64,000 nt of DNA. It comes from Eledone cirrhosa (lineage: Eukaryota). Position 1 is the first letter of the stretch. The number at the start of each line of letters is the position of its first letter. Below, one piece after another: positions 41,398-54,304 of this stretch. The notes below the pieces were generated by a model. The model searched no databases. It had not been told where the DNA came from and saw only the letters and a list, made by a program, of their open reading frames with translations. The stretch covers positions 41,788,001-41,852,000 of the forward strand of contig OZ024754.1 in assembly GCA_964016885.1 (NCBI GenBank). Direction: 5' to 3'. The position numbers and the translations under genes are program-made.

Positions 41398-42010
41398 TTA
41401 ACCCTTTACCATTTAAACCGGCTATATCTGGCCAGATTTCTATCACCTCTTTCTGTTCAAACCAGCCGTAACTGGCCACTCATATCTACATTAAGGTATT
41501 GTTCTCAAAATAGATAATATCAAATTTCATAGATTCGATATTATGTAAGATAAAGCCTTTACTGTGAAAATACAATAGTATATATAGAATAATTGTTTCT
41601 ACTTTTGGCACAAGGCCAGCAATTATCCCAGTACATTACTGGTACTTTATTTTATCGACCCTGTAAGGATGAAAGGCAAAGTTAACCTCGACGGGATTTG
41701 AACTCAGACCATAAAGGGCTGTAACTATGCTAGAAAGCATGGCGTCGGACCCTCTGCTGATAGTAAATATAGAATAATTGTTTCTACTTTAGGCACAAGG
41801 CCAGCAATTACCCAGTGCATTACTGGTACTTTATTTTATCGACCCCGTAAGGATGAAAGGCAAAGTCAACCTCGGCGGGATTTGAACTCAGATCGTAAAG
41901 GGACGTAACTATGCTGGAAAGCATGGCGTCCGACCCTCTACCGATACTGCCAATCCACCGCCCTTAGTAAATATAGTAAATATAGAATAATGTAAATGCT
42001 AAAGGGTTAA
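41398..42010. mobile_element. piggyBac-type MITE interrupted by two SINEs
   Basis: Both TTAA-CCCTTT termini are present. Confidence 0.8.
41590..41964 (-). mobile_element. Two tandem tRNA-SINEs nested in a MITE
   Basis: The target motif tagtaaatatagaataat occurs at 41576, 41761 and 41974. Confidence 0.85.
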
Positions 42011-42039
42011 TGAATTTCCTTTCTGTGGAGTATAAGATG

Positions 42040-42515
42040 TCTTATCCTAGTCTTAGGGGCGCCTGTCGGGGCATCGAGCAGTCAGTAGTCACCAATGGTT
42101 AAGACCAGTGGCGGCTTTTTCACGTCTGTGCGAAGTGATGTTGGCTGCCATCAGGTGTATTTGAAACGTTTATCAGCAGGTGATCCTGGGGCAACCCTGC
42201 TTCCGTGTGCCACCAGGTGGAGTCCAGTTCATCGCCGTTTTTTTTAGTGTTATTTGTCAGGCAGGTGCAGAATATGGCCAACCACGAAGCACCGGTGCTC
42301 CAATGCCCATTCTCTGCAGCATCAAAGACTCGGCTCACCGCAGGGTTTCCTCGTTTCGCACTTGGTCGCGCTGGGTCACACGAAGGAGCCCTCACAGGCA
42401 CCGCTGGTGGAAAGCATTCAACCGTCTCTCTGTCTTTGCCATGCTTTTCCAGTTTTCGCCTGCGTAAAACACTGTCAGCAGCACAATGCTCTTGTACAGG
42501 CGCAGCTTGGTCCAC
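42040..42515 (-). mobile_element. GC-rich RTE-clade LINE 3' fragment with in-frame stops
   Basis: Minus strand translates TKLRLYKSIVLLTVFYAGENWKSMAKTERRLNAFHQRCL*GLLRVTQRDQVRNEETLR*. Confidence 0.85.
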
Positions 42516-42911
42516 CATCACCGCTACTACTACTACCACCACCACCACCACCACCACTACTACTACTAATGTATATATAATATAAATGAATACTTAGTAG
42601 TAAGACAGTCATTGAAAAAGGTCAAAACAATATTTTGACAAGTGTCTTACTAAACTTAACAAGGAAAGTGAGAGCGTTTGGTATTTTAGCTAGTTTGTTA
42701 AATCAGCTGTATTTAAAGATAGTCGTGCTAGTCATGCAGTGCAGATTGTACCTACAACTGGAGACATTACACACACATGCATGCATGCACATGCACACAC
42801 TCACATGTGCGTGTGCATGCATGCAAACGTTGATTTCTTGGACAGCAATATTTCATTAATTAAATAGCAACACTGAATTTAAAAAAAAAAAAAATGGAAA
42901 TGTCTGCCAAT

Positions 42912-43630
42912 AGAATAATAATAATTATTTCTACTTTTGGCACAAGGCCAGCAATTATCCCAGTGCATTACTGGTACTTTATTTTATCGACCCCCGTAAG
43001 GATGAAAGGCAAAGTTAACTTCGACGGGATTTGAACTCAGACCATAAAGGGCCGTAACTCTATGCTGCAAAGCAAGGCGTCCGACCCTCTACCGATACTG
43101 CCAATCTGTAGAATAATAATGATAATAATTGTTTTTACATTTAGGCACAAGCCTAGCAATTTGAAGGGAAGGGGGAAGTCGGCTAAATGGACCGCAGTAC
43201 ATTACTGGTACTTTATTTTATCGAGCCCCGTAAGGATGAAAGGCAAAGCTAAGCTAGTAATAATAATAATAATAATTTGTGATTTAAGCACAAGCCTAGC
43301 AATTTGAAGGGAAGGGGGAAGTCGACTAAATGGACCGCAGTACATTACTGGTACTTTATTTTATCGAGCCCCGTAAGGATGAAAGGCAAAGCTAAGCTAG
43401 TAATAATAATAATAATTTGTGATTTAAGCACAAGGCCAGCAATTTTGGGGGAAGGGTAAGTTGACTAAATGGACCCAGTGCATTACTGGTACTTTATTTT
43501 ATCGACTCCGGAAGGATGAAAGGCAAAGCTAACTTTGGCAGGATTTGAACTCAGAACGTAAAGGGCCTTATATCTATGCTGCAAAGGATGGCGTCCGACT
43601 CTCTGCTGATACTGTCAATCCACTGCCCTA
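42912..43630 (-). mobile_element. Cluster of four SINE copies (two near-full, two 3' halves)
   Basis: actggtactttattttatcga...ggatgaaaggcaaag is repeated, separated by (AAT)n tails. Confidence 0.85.
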
Positions 43631-44296
43631 ATAATAATAATAATATTCTTCCAAACTTTACCAGTTTTGAGTGGTTTGGTATCATAGAACCAGGGGCAGT
43701 TTAAGGTGGTTTGGTATCATAGAACCAGGGGCAGTTTAAGGTGGTTTGGTATCATAGAACCAGGGGTAGTTTTCAGTGGTTTTGTATCAATGAACCAGGG
43801 ATGTTTTGTTATGAAACAAGTTAATCATAAGGAAGAAGCAATGTCCATGAGCTTCACAGGCCTTCCAAAACATTTAATCAATATGATTGATGTTCAATAG
43901 CTCTGATGTAATGATTGATGCTAAAATTGAAATCTTAGCAGAGATAATATTATTTTATGTTGAATACAACATCCTAAACAGATTTACTATCAAACCTTAA
44001 ATCAGAAAAAAAAATACAAACCAATTCCAAACTGTCAAAAGTCAATGGCTTGTTGATCAATGTGATCTGAGAATTTCTGTGTATCAAAAGAAGATGAAAG
44101 AATCATCAGCTAGAAATCTATATTTGTTATATAGGTGTTCAATTTTGGTTGTTTATTTGAATCACATAATAGGAAATATGCTGTACTTGAAGGTTAATAA
44201 ATGGGTTGTAGGTTTTTATTTCTGCTGAAAGTGTTGTGTTCCCAGGAAAGACAACTTCAACTACATTTACCTTACTCAAAATAATTTTATACATAT

Positions 44297-45079
44297 TTAA
44301 CCCTTTAACATTTACATTTCTCTATATTTACTGTTGTATTTTCATGGTAAAGGTTTTACCTCACATAATTATCTGAAATAATATTGAATCAATGAGATGG
44401 ATATTATTTTGAGAACTATACCTTAAAGGTTGTATGAGGAGACAGTTACAACCAGTTTAAACAGAAAGAGGTGAGAGATTTTGGCTGGTTACAGCCAGTC
44501 TAAACAGAAAGAGGTGAGAGATTTTGGCTGGTTACAGCTGGTTTAAACAGAAAGAGGTGAGAGATTTTGGCTGGTCACAGCCGGTTTAAACAGAAAGAGG
44601 TGAGAGATTTTGGCTGGTTACAGCCGGTCTAAACAGAAAGAGGTGAGAGATTTTGGCTGGTTACAGCCGGTTTAAACAGAAAGAGGTGAGAGATTTTGGC
44701 TGGTTACAGCCGGTCTAAACAGAAAGAGGTGAGAGATTTTGGCTGGTTACAGCCGGTTTAAACAGAAAGAGGTGAGAGATTTTGGCTGGTTACAGCCAGT
44801 CTAAACAGAAAGAGGTGAGAGATTTTGGCTGGTCACAGCCGGTTTAAACAGAAAGAGGTGAGAGATTTTGGCTGGTTACAGCCGGTCTAAACAGAAAGAG
44901 GTGAGAGATTTTGGCTGGTTACAGCCGGTTTAAACAGAAAGAGGTGAGAGATTTTGGCTGGTTACAGCCAGTTTAAACAGAAAGAGGTAAGAGAATTCTG
45001 GCCAGTTACAGCCAGTTTAAACAGAAAGAGGTGAAATAATTCTGGTCGGATATGGCCGGTTTAAATGCTAACGAGTTAA
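44297..45079. mobile_element. piggyBac-type MITE with an internal 43-bp tandem expansion
   Basis: Both termini are present, and the internal segment is amplified about 14 times. Confidence 0.8.
44458..45062. repeat. 43-bp minisatellite, about 14 copies
   Basis: Unit taaacagaaagaggtgagagattttggctggttacagccggtt. Confidence 0.95.
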
Positions 45080-45319
45080 GAAACTCACAAATTAGATGTT
45101 GACAGCATTTAAGTGAAAGTTATGGCTAAAGAATTGAATTTTCCTCTGGTTACATATAATTCCTTGACTGGGTTGTGTTGTGTTGCTCTAGTATACTCAC
45201 CTGAAAATAAGTACCAGCAATAGCTGGAGGTATAACCCTGCGATGGACTGACATCCTGTCTAGGGGGAGTCTTTTACTCATAGCACAGAAACCAGGATAA
45301 ACACCAGCCTGATAAGCTT

Positions 45320-45640
45320 TATAGCATAGAGTTACGGCCTTTTATGATCTGAGTTCAAATCCTGTCACAGTTATCTTTGCATTTCATCCTTACGGGGTTG
45401 ATTAAATAAAGTACCAGTCATGCACTGGGGTCAATTTAATCGACTTACCCCTCCCCCCAAAATTGTTGGCCTTGTGCACAAAGCCAGCAATTACCCCAGT
45501 GCATTACTGGTACTTTATTTTATCGACCCCGAAAGGATGAAAGGCAAAGTTAATCTCGGCGGGATTTGAACCCAGACCGTAAAGGGCCGTAACTCTATGC
45601 TGCTAAGCATGGCATCCGATACTGCCAACCCATCGCCCAT
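45320..45640. mobile_element. Tail-to-tail inverted SINE pair
   Basis: A + copy ending at about 45480 is directly followed by a - copy. Confidence 0.8.
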
Positions 45641-46589
45641 CATTATAATAATGGGAATATTTCCCAACCTGAAATAGTCATCAATAACAAGTAATTTTGA
45701 CCAAATATCACTTGGTATATTGAACAGTTATATTCCTAACTGAAAGATCTTAGGTTATTGGTTATTGTTGTTGTTGTTCTATTGTATTCCTGATAAACTC
45801 TCACTCCATTGAACTCTCGGTCCTTCTTACTTTAGAGTTAATATAATGAGAAACAGATCATCAGATTAGTATTAGTAGTGGTGGAGGTGGTAGTGGCTGT
45901 CATGGTGGTGGTGGTGGTGGTGGTGGTGGTGTTGGAGGTAGTAGTGGCTCTCATGGTGGTGGTGGTGGTGGTGGTGTTGGAGGTGGTAGTGGCTCTCATG
46001 GTGGTGGTGTTGGAGGTGGTAGTGGCTCTCATGGTGGTGGTGGTGGTGGTGGTGGTGGTGTTGGAGGTGGTAGTGGCTGTCATGGTGGTAGTGGCTGTCA
46101 TGGTGGTGATGCTGGTGGTGGTGTTGGAGGTGATGGTGGCAGTGGTGGTAGTGATGATGATGATGATTGAAAATCTTATTGATAATGAGATGTTTTTTTA
46201 ATGTTATTATGTTGACTAATAATGATAATTGTAGATAGCTTTCAATGGGGTATATTGTTGGAGGAGGAACAGATGCGATGTTTTCCTACCATTAGCACAG
46301 TGACCATTTGAATGAGTGCCAATGAACCCTGGAACCTTCTAATTGATGGGGAAAATGAAACAGGAAAGAAAAAAACCCAACTATTTTGTTGTTTTTTTGT
46401 CCTAATTACTTAAATAATCAATCAATAGAATATTAATGAAATATAATGATTGATACTCCTTGAAAATGGATGGCAAATTGATAATTATGTTGGACAGTCA
46501 GAGAAATAATCATCAATGATTTGATATTTTAATATTCTTGTTTGGTTGTTAAAATGGGTTGGATATATCTGTTATTTCTTGCTGTGGAT

Positions 46590-46815
46590 ATCATTATCAT
46601 CATTTTACGTCTGCTTTTCCCTGCTTGCAAGGGTGGGACGGGTCTTATTAAGCACGGCATCTCTCCATTCGTCACGGTCCCTTGACATCTCCTCCGTGAG
46701 TTTCAGCGATCTAAGATCCGCTCTCACCACCTCCGCCCATGTTTTTCATGTTCTTCCTCTACTGCGTCTTCCTTCTACTGGTATTTCTTGGCACTTCTTT
46801 ACCCAGCGGTCATCC
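46590..46815 (-). mobile_element. RTE LINE 3' fragment
   Basis: Minus strand translates DDRWVKKCQEIPVEGRRSRGR...KTWAEVVRADLRSLKLTEEMSRDRDEWR. Confidence 0.8.
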
Positions 46816-46940
46816 TTATATGTTATTTAACTGAAAACCATATTTCTTTAGATGATAAAAAGCTTTGAAATGGATCAATGATGATAGTTTTGATTATTCC
46901 TAATTATTCCTAATTGTTTTGTTTTTTATTCATTTTTCAG

Positions 46941-47006
46941 AGGAGATAAAACTGAAGTTGTCTTTGAGTCCTTTGCAGTTAGAGAAACTTCAAAATGAAA
47001 GACCAG
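46941..47006 (+). CDS. RIPOR: Candidate coding exon (66 bp, phase 1/1): EEIKLKLSLSPLQLEKLQNERP
   Basis: Acceptor ttttttattcatttttcag, donor CAG|gtaaga, open frame, and phase matches the next exon. Confidence 0.75.
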
Positions 47007-47058
47007 GTAAGAGACTTGATTGCTTTTTATATTGAACTGAAGTAGACCTTATATATAT

Positions 47059-47158
47059 GAAAAGAGTCAGGACCCCGATGGCTGAGCTCCGGCCGTTTCG
47101 ACAGCTAGATCCAGACCTGTTGAAACGACAAGAACTCAGTTGTCGGTGTCCCGACTCA
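47059..47158. mobile_element. Family C fold-back element with HHR 3' halves
   Basis: Homologous to 661-783, with TA-repeat flanks. Lies about 50 bp downstream of the 66-bp exon. Confidence 0.55.
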
Positions 47159-47214
47159 TTATAATATATATATATAGACAAATATATACACAAATATATA
47201 CACAAATATATAGA

Positions 47215-47610
47215 CAAAGAGAAGTGTGTTACACAGTGAGATGTGTGTAAAGAATTATTACAAGTGAGTTTCACCGTTACTGTATAGAGAACAATATCTA
47301 CAGGTTTAGCAATTAAATAGAGAAAAAACTAAGTCAGAATCAAAAAGGTTGGTAATTTAAAACTCTAATCCAGAGATTTGATTCTGACTTAGTTTTTTTC
47401 TATTTAATTGCTAAACCTGTAGATATTGTTCTCTATACAGTAACGGTAAAACTCACTTGTAATAATTCTTTACACACATCTCACTGTGTAACACACTTCT
47501 CTTTGTGTAATATATTTGCATTTGAGCTCAGAAGGAAATTTTCTATTCTTCTTTGAGTTAATACTGTTATTATTATTACTGTGAACTGCGGAATACTCTT
47601 ACTTCCGATC
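47215..47610. mobile_element. Long fold-back element (arms of about 130 bp, 47215-47508) with a possible HHR 3' remnant
   Basis: Near-perfect inverted arms with a loop of about 30 bp. The minus arm reads CGGU-GAAA-C ucacuu G-UA. No CUGANGA is visible. (TA)n flanks. Confidence 0.55.
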
Positions 47611-47618
47611 TTTGTATG

Positions 47619-47657
<39 letters not shown>

Positions 47658-48178
47658 ACAACTACAAACACACATGCACTCATACAAGCACTCACTCACA
47701 CACAAACTCATACACACATACACAAACTCATACACACATTCAAACTAGTGGAAAAAAGGAGCTTTTCATTGTGTTGTGTTAACTCATCCAGTTTATGATG
47801 AAATACAGTAAAGACAGATACATCTGTGTTTGTGGGTGTGTATGTGCCTGTGTGGGTGTGTCTGTGTGTCTGTGCATGTATGTATGTGTGTGTGTGTCTG
47901 CACGCGTGTATATATGTATGTGTGTGTATGTGCCTGTGTGTGTGTATTTGCGCACACACGTCTGTGTCTGTGTGTGCATGCATGTATGTGTCTGTGCATG
48001 TCTCTGTCTGTGTGTGTGCATGCATGTATGTGTCTGTGCATGTCTCTGTCTGTGTGTGTGCATGCATGTATGTGTCTGTGTATATGTGTCTGTCTGTGTA
48101 TGTGTGTCTGCATGCATGTATGTGTCTGTGCATGTCTGTGTATGTCTGTGTGTGTATGTGCATGTCTGTATGTGTGTC

Positions 48179-48209
<31 letters not shown>

Positions 48210-50127
48210 AACAAGTTATTTATAATAACTGCCATAATATCCTAAACAAACAAATTCAAATAAAAGTCATAAGTGAAATTATTTTATGAAACTGTTGTAA
48301 ATAGAGTTAGAAGTTATTTAGCTTTCTAATTTCTGATGATTGCTCTAATAATATCACTCCTCTCATGTAATTAATGCTCTAATTATAAATAAATGTAAAC
48401 GAGTTACACATCATTTTCTGAAAATACATCTGATTCTGACAATTCTGTGTGTTTGTGGCCATAGAAATTGATAGAAGATAATGCAAGCCTATATCAGTTT
48501 AAAAACAAAACACAACACGAATCATTGATAAGTGCAGGTCAAGTTATTCACCAACAGTTGGCCTTCCAATCACAATAGCTTGTTAAGAATAGGCAGAGAG
48601 TGAGTCAGTGAATGATCACACACACACACACTAACACTATATTAGTGTACAATCACTGGAGATGGAACACTTTCATCAGGTCTGCTAACTGCACAGTGAA
48701 AAGAGATGATGATGATAAAAATAAACCCTCCCTCAAAAAAAAGAAAAAAAGAAAAACCGACCCAACCAAATTGATTATTTGTTTTTATGATAATTTGTTC
48801 ATAATAGGAATAAAAATACTAAGGTAGATTGTGATGTTTAGGGGAGATATTGAAATAAAGAATATGTGCATGCAGTGAAGTCGTATGATAACAGTTTAGA
48901 TAAGAGTAACTGTATTATTAACTGAAGAGGAGATGTTAGTTAACAGAACTGTTTACATCGAGGTGGAAGAAATCTAGATAACAATTGAGGGAAATATTAG
49001 TTTTATATTGTAGGATGGTATTGACTGGTGTAGGTGGACTGTAGCGTTGTAACCAGTGGGATAGTAGTGTTGTACTGTGTAACCAGTGGCTGTAGTAGTG
49101 TTCTGTTGTGTAACCAGTGGAGGTAATGTGTCTACCACCATCATCATCACCATCACCATCACCATCATCATCATCATCACCATCACCATCATCATCATCA
49201 CCAACACCATCACCACCACCATCATCACCAACACCATCATCACCATCATCACCACCATCACCACCACCATTACCACCACCATCATCACCACCATCATCAC
49301 CACCATCATCACCATCATCATCACCACCATCATCATCACCATCATCATCACCAACACTATCATCATCACCACCATCATCATCGCCACCATCATCATCGCC
49401 ACCATCATCATCACCATCACCTTCGTCGTCATAATCATCACTACCACCATCACCATCAGCACCATCATCACCTTGATCATCACCACCACCATCAATACTA
49501 TCATCACCACCACCATCATCCCCTCCATCATCACCATTATCATCACCATCGCTACCAACATCATCACCACCACCTTCATCATCACCACCGTCCCCATCAC
49601 CATCACTCCCATCACCACCATCATCACTGTTTAACATCCATTTTTCCACCCTAACCAAGTATATTAACACTAATTAGTTCTGTTGACTGAGCAGTTGGAT
49701 CACTAACTTATGATAAACATCATGATTGTCTAAAGAACAGTGTGTCTTATATATACACAAAATATATAGTTTACCTCTAGATATAGACTTTGTTTTATTC
49801 AAAAAGAAGGGTATCTAACCAGAAAAGGAAAACACCTGCCAAGAATTATGGAAAGCACAATGCCACAGGGTGGATTTGGTGGTTTTTATTATGGCATCAG
49901 TACTAGGGTGTTTGTATCTTTAGCCAGGTTGGGAAGACATTAAAAGGGAGTGATGTGGTGGGTATGAGAGCGGGGTATAGGCTACCTGTTATATGTATTT
50001 TAAATAATTATTATGACTCAACTCATTGCAATTGTTTCAGAAGATACTTTCAATTGAAATTCCTTGGAAAATTAAAAATTCATTTTATTTTTATTCAATT
50101 GAAGAATTCTGATTTATTTCTGAAACA

Positions 50128-50340
50128 TTTTTTCAAGTTAATTTTTTCAAGTTAATTTTTTCAAGTTAATTTGTTCTAGCTAATTTGTTCTAGCTAATTT
50201 GTTCTAGCTAATTTGTTCTAGCTGATATTGTCTAGTTGATATTGTCTAGTTGATATTGTCTAGTTGATATTGTCTAGTTAATTTTGTCTAGTTAATTTTG
50301 TCTAGTTAATTTTGTCTAGTTAATTTTGTCTCGTTAATAT
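50128..50340. repeat. 14-bp minisatellite with a stepwise-changing unit
   Basis: Blocks ttttttcaagttaa > tttgttctagctaa > tattgtctagttga > ttttgtctagttaa. Confidence 0.85.
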
Positions 50341-50420
50341 TTTTCATTAATATTTTGTACATAATTAGCTAATTACTTTCTTGCTTATGTTTGTTTTGTT
50401 TTGTTTGATGATATTTGCAG

Positions 50421-50605
50421 AGCTGAGTTTTATGACTGGATGTAAGGGGCACCACCTTGATGTAAGCAACTTAGATGTGGACTACTCTGATAAAGAGGTG
50501 GAGTCCAAAGAGAAAGACAGCAACGTACATGCCAACAACACCACCGAGACTACTGGCCTTATTGAGCAATACGAACACAGTGGCAGTAAAGCTGACGAGG
50601 GAGAA

Positions 50606-50639
<34 letters not shown>

Positions 50640-50961
50640 CGGGGGAGGAGGAGGTGGCAGAGAATATCACAGTTAACGCCAATCAAGATCGAAATATGTC
50701 CTTGAAAGAAATTCGAAATCAGATGCCTGTGACTGTTTTTAGAAGTAAGTCATTTGCTGGAATGGCAAATGCACGTCCAAGATCTGCTCCAGGTACTCCT
50801 GTACTTGGGGAAACTTTGCGGAGAAGTCCACGTGTTTATACACAGACCCCACAGAGATCAAAAAGGCTGGGGCTTGGAAGTTATAAGCCACCTAAGATCC
50901 CTAAATTACCTCAACCCAGTCGTGCAGTCTTGATGTTCGAAAGTGTCAAAAAAGGAATCAA
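50421..50961 (+). CDS. RIPOR: Coding exon (541 bp, phase 1/2) of a RIPOR/FAM65-family protein: acidic poly-Glu region, then RSKSFAG and PKLPQPSRAVLMFESVKKGIK
   Basis: Lies in ORF 50381-50965. Acceptor atatttgcag, donor AA|gtaagc. The motifs resemble, from memory, vertebrate RIPOR RSQSFAG and PKEPQPKRVEEVYRALKNGL. Confidence 0.88.
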
Positions 50962-51179
50962 GTAAGCAAATGTTTTGTTGTTTATGCCGTTTTTTTGTTT
51001 TTGTTTTACTGTTTTACCATATTTCTTTGTGTATAATTCAACTTGTGTATAATACTACCCCTGTTTCTGAAGTTAAACCAACTGAAATATATTACATCTT
51101 TGTGTATAATTCAACTTGTGTATAATACTACACCTGTTTCTGAAGTTAAACCAACTGAAATATATTACATCTTATGTAT

Positions 51180-51370
51180 AATTGTTTCTATTTTTGGCAC
51201 AAGGCCAGCAATTACCCAGTACATTACTGGTACTTTATTTTATCGACCCCGTAAGGATGAAAGGCAAAGTTAACCTCAGCAGGATTTGAACTCAGATCAT
51301 AAAGGGACGTAACTCTATGCTTCAAAGCATGGTGTCCGACTCTCTACCGATACTGCCAATCCACCGCCCA
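51180..51370 (-). mobile_element. Full tRNA-SINE in the RIPOR intron
   Basis: Same family as 30279. Confidence 0.85.
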
Positions 51371-51747
51371 CATCTTATGTATAATGTGACCCCAGAAGGT
51401 GCATAGCCAAATGGTTAGGATGCTTAACGTAAGATCGTAATGTCATCAGTTCGATTTCTAGACCGGCTGCAGCACTGTGTTCTTGAGTATAACACTTCAT
51501 TTCACATTGCTGCAGTACACTCAACTGAGAGTGAGTACCAACAGTAGCTGCTGTGTACACTCAACTGAGAGTGAGTACCAACAGTAGCTGCTGTATACAC
51601 TCAACTGAGAGTGAGTACCAACAGTAGCTGCTGTATGATAGAGTGAGGAGTAGTTTCAGACAGTTTGGTATGTAAAGAGATGATGGATGTTATTATTAAA
51701 TTTGTGGTTGTACTTAACTCTTTCTCAACTGGTCTGTTCCCTTTCAG

Positions 51748-51820
51748 AGAATTCATAATGGCTACACAAGATGACATCATTCAGCTTAGAAGCCGGGATA
51801 CTAACACATCTACTGCTCAG
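51748..51820 (+). CDS. RIPOR: Coding exon (73 bp, phase 2/0): (K)EFIMATQDDIIQLRSRDTNTSTAQ
   Basis: Acceptor gttccctttcag, donor CAG|gtaatt. The frame continues from the previous exon and aligns with the RIPOR DEYLEVHQTELDKL helix. Confidence 0.85.
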
Positions 51821-52938
51821 GTAATTTAAACAGATTGTTTTTCCTTTGAACTATTTACAAATTCTTGCAATTAATTTAGTAGTACACATTCTTTAAACAT
51901 GATTATATAGCGAAATTATGATTATTATAGGAAATGAAAATAAGCTGGTGATTAAGCAGTGATGCTAGGGCACCTTATGGTATATTTTAGGTTCAAATGT
52001 TACCTGTGTTGATTTCTATTCTTCAAATATCAATAAAGTAGTAACTTAATGTCAGGTTCTTATATAAAATGATCTTCGAAGATTTTAATTTAAATTGGAA
52101 ACCTTTTAAATGGGTGGTTTTATTTCATAGAACCAGAACTTATTATATGGTATAGAAATACATTTCATAAAGTTATTGTATGATATAGAAACATTACATA
52201 AAGTTATCATGATATAGAAATAGATTTTTTTTCTTATCATTTTTTAACAAATATTTTAAAGTATTAGAGAAAAGTTTCTATCTTTAACAAAAAAAAAAAA
52301 AAATAAATCTTAAATTAGAAATAGTTTCAGAGAAAACAAACATAGTTGGGTAACATTGCTACATATTAAGTATATAAATATATTTAATTACTTTTGGTTT
52401 TATTTTGAAAAATATTTTAAAATAATATTTCCCATATTTTCAGCTTATTTTCAATGCTCTGCAAAAAACATATTATTCACTGTATTGCGCTTATTAGCCA
52501 CATTTCCTTTCCTAGAATCTCTTCTGAAAAGTATGTTACTGAAAATTTCAATTGTATACTTTAATTGTTGGTTGTGATTAAAAACAACTCTGATGTTTGC
52601 TTAAATTAGTAAAAGTGAAAACATTTGTAAGTCACATTGTTATAAAGTCCATATCTAATTCATCCGACTCTATACATTCATTTTTAGTTAAATTAATCTT
52701 ATTTGTTCGTTTTAATTCGCTGCTCATTAAAGTTTCTCTCCATTACCTGACAGTCATTCATTTTTTTTCACACTGTACATACTAGCTTTGTGTAATAATA
52801 TCTTATATCTACTTTAGTAAATTTACAGAGAACACTGGGCATAGTTTCATTTCCTTAGATCATTTCTAAATGTTAAATGTCACATTTTAAATGTAGATGA
52901 CAAAAAATAACCATGCTGTGTCCTAAAAAGTAGTATGC

Positions 52939-52983
<45 letters not shown>

Positions 52984-54009
52984 TATATATATAAAGCTTA
53001 TTATTTAAACAAAAAATTAAAGTTAGGTTCCTTTTGTAGATGTAATTAGTAATTTTGGTCTATAATTGTAGAAGTCGTTAGTACACTTTTATACAGTTTT
53101 TAAATGTTGTTAAAGGAAGCACAAGTGTACCATATAGCTACTGTTCACAGACTTGCTTCCACTTTTTATTCAATGTAGAGTTAACTCTATTGTCCTGTAA
53201 GCCTCTCTTAACAAGTCTATATCTAGTAGACTATGCTTTGTATAGAGGTATAAGAAATATTTCAACTTTGTGTAGTTAAGATCTTATTTGACCCAAGTGT
53301 GTAACCTTGCATGTCATAAGAGGCAACTAAAATGTTTGACACTTGGAAGGGCATCCAGCTGTAAAACATTGCCTTAAGAAGGAACCCATGATTGTGTATA
53401 AAGCTTGTCATGGGGGCTGCAAAGCTAACTCCTACTTTAGCAAGGAAATTGGTCTTAAAATGTTTCTAGTTGGTCCAAGTATATTCCATGGTGAAATGTA
53501 GTATTAATATCTGGACTAGGATATTTCTTTGATCAGAAAAAAATAGCCATTGCCAAAATTAAAAAGCATTCTCTTCTTAAGGTACCAGCTAACAGTCATA
53601 CAGTGTCCTTTGATTCTTTTACTGATGCTAAAACTGACTCTTTCCAGGCTTGCTGACTCTACCATATGCTTATTTGCTTAAACCTTAGCCAAATATATAT
53701 TTTTAAGGGCCTTCCTTCCTTGCTATATATCCTGTCAAGCATTAACCTACAATTCTTCAAACTCTGTAGCTATCATATCTCGCATCTTTCTATTCTGAGA
53801 TACATAATGATAATGTCTTAGAGAAAGGAGTGTTTTGGGAATATAATAATTCTTTGTAGCATAGGCATTGATCTCAAGACATTACTGGTACTTTATTTTA
53901 TAAATCATGAAATGATGAAAGGCCATAGTTGACCTCGGCGGGATTTGAACTCAGAATTTATATATTATATATATATATAATTATTATTATTATATATATG
54001 TATGTATAT

Positions 54010-54200
54010 ATGTAAAAAGTAAACAGACATGACAAAGCAAATGACACAGTACAATGAAGAAATGTATTAGTTCAACACTTGATAAAGTAGGAAAAGGGTC
54101 TTAACATTTCGGACACTAGTCCTTCTTCATCAGAAAACAGAATGAGAAATAAAAGATGAACTAGAAAGCTAGAGAGTGTGAAGAGTAAGAAACAAGGGTG
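54010..54200 (-). mobile_element. Family B HHR-bearing element, degenerate
   Basis: tcttaacatttcggacactagtccttcttcatcag at 54099-54133. Confidence 0.6.
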
Positions 54201-54304
54201 TATCTAGTCAGCCATTTTGGAGACAAATGATTAATGACTTTTATTGATGAAAACTTCTGAGACAAAATGTTTCACAATATGTTTTGTTTTTGCTTACTTT
54301 ATAG

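Noticed and set aside
42120-42585. GC-rich ORF cluster that looks like an exon
   Set aside because: A different minus frame gives an RTE protein with stops, so this is a TE remnant.
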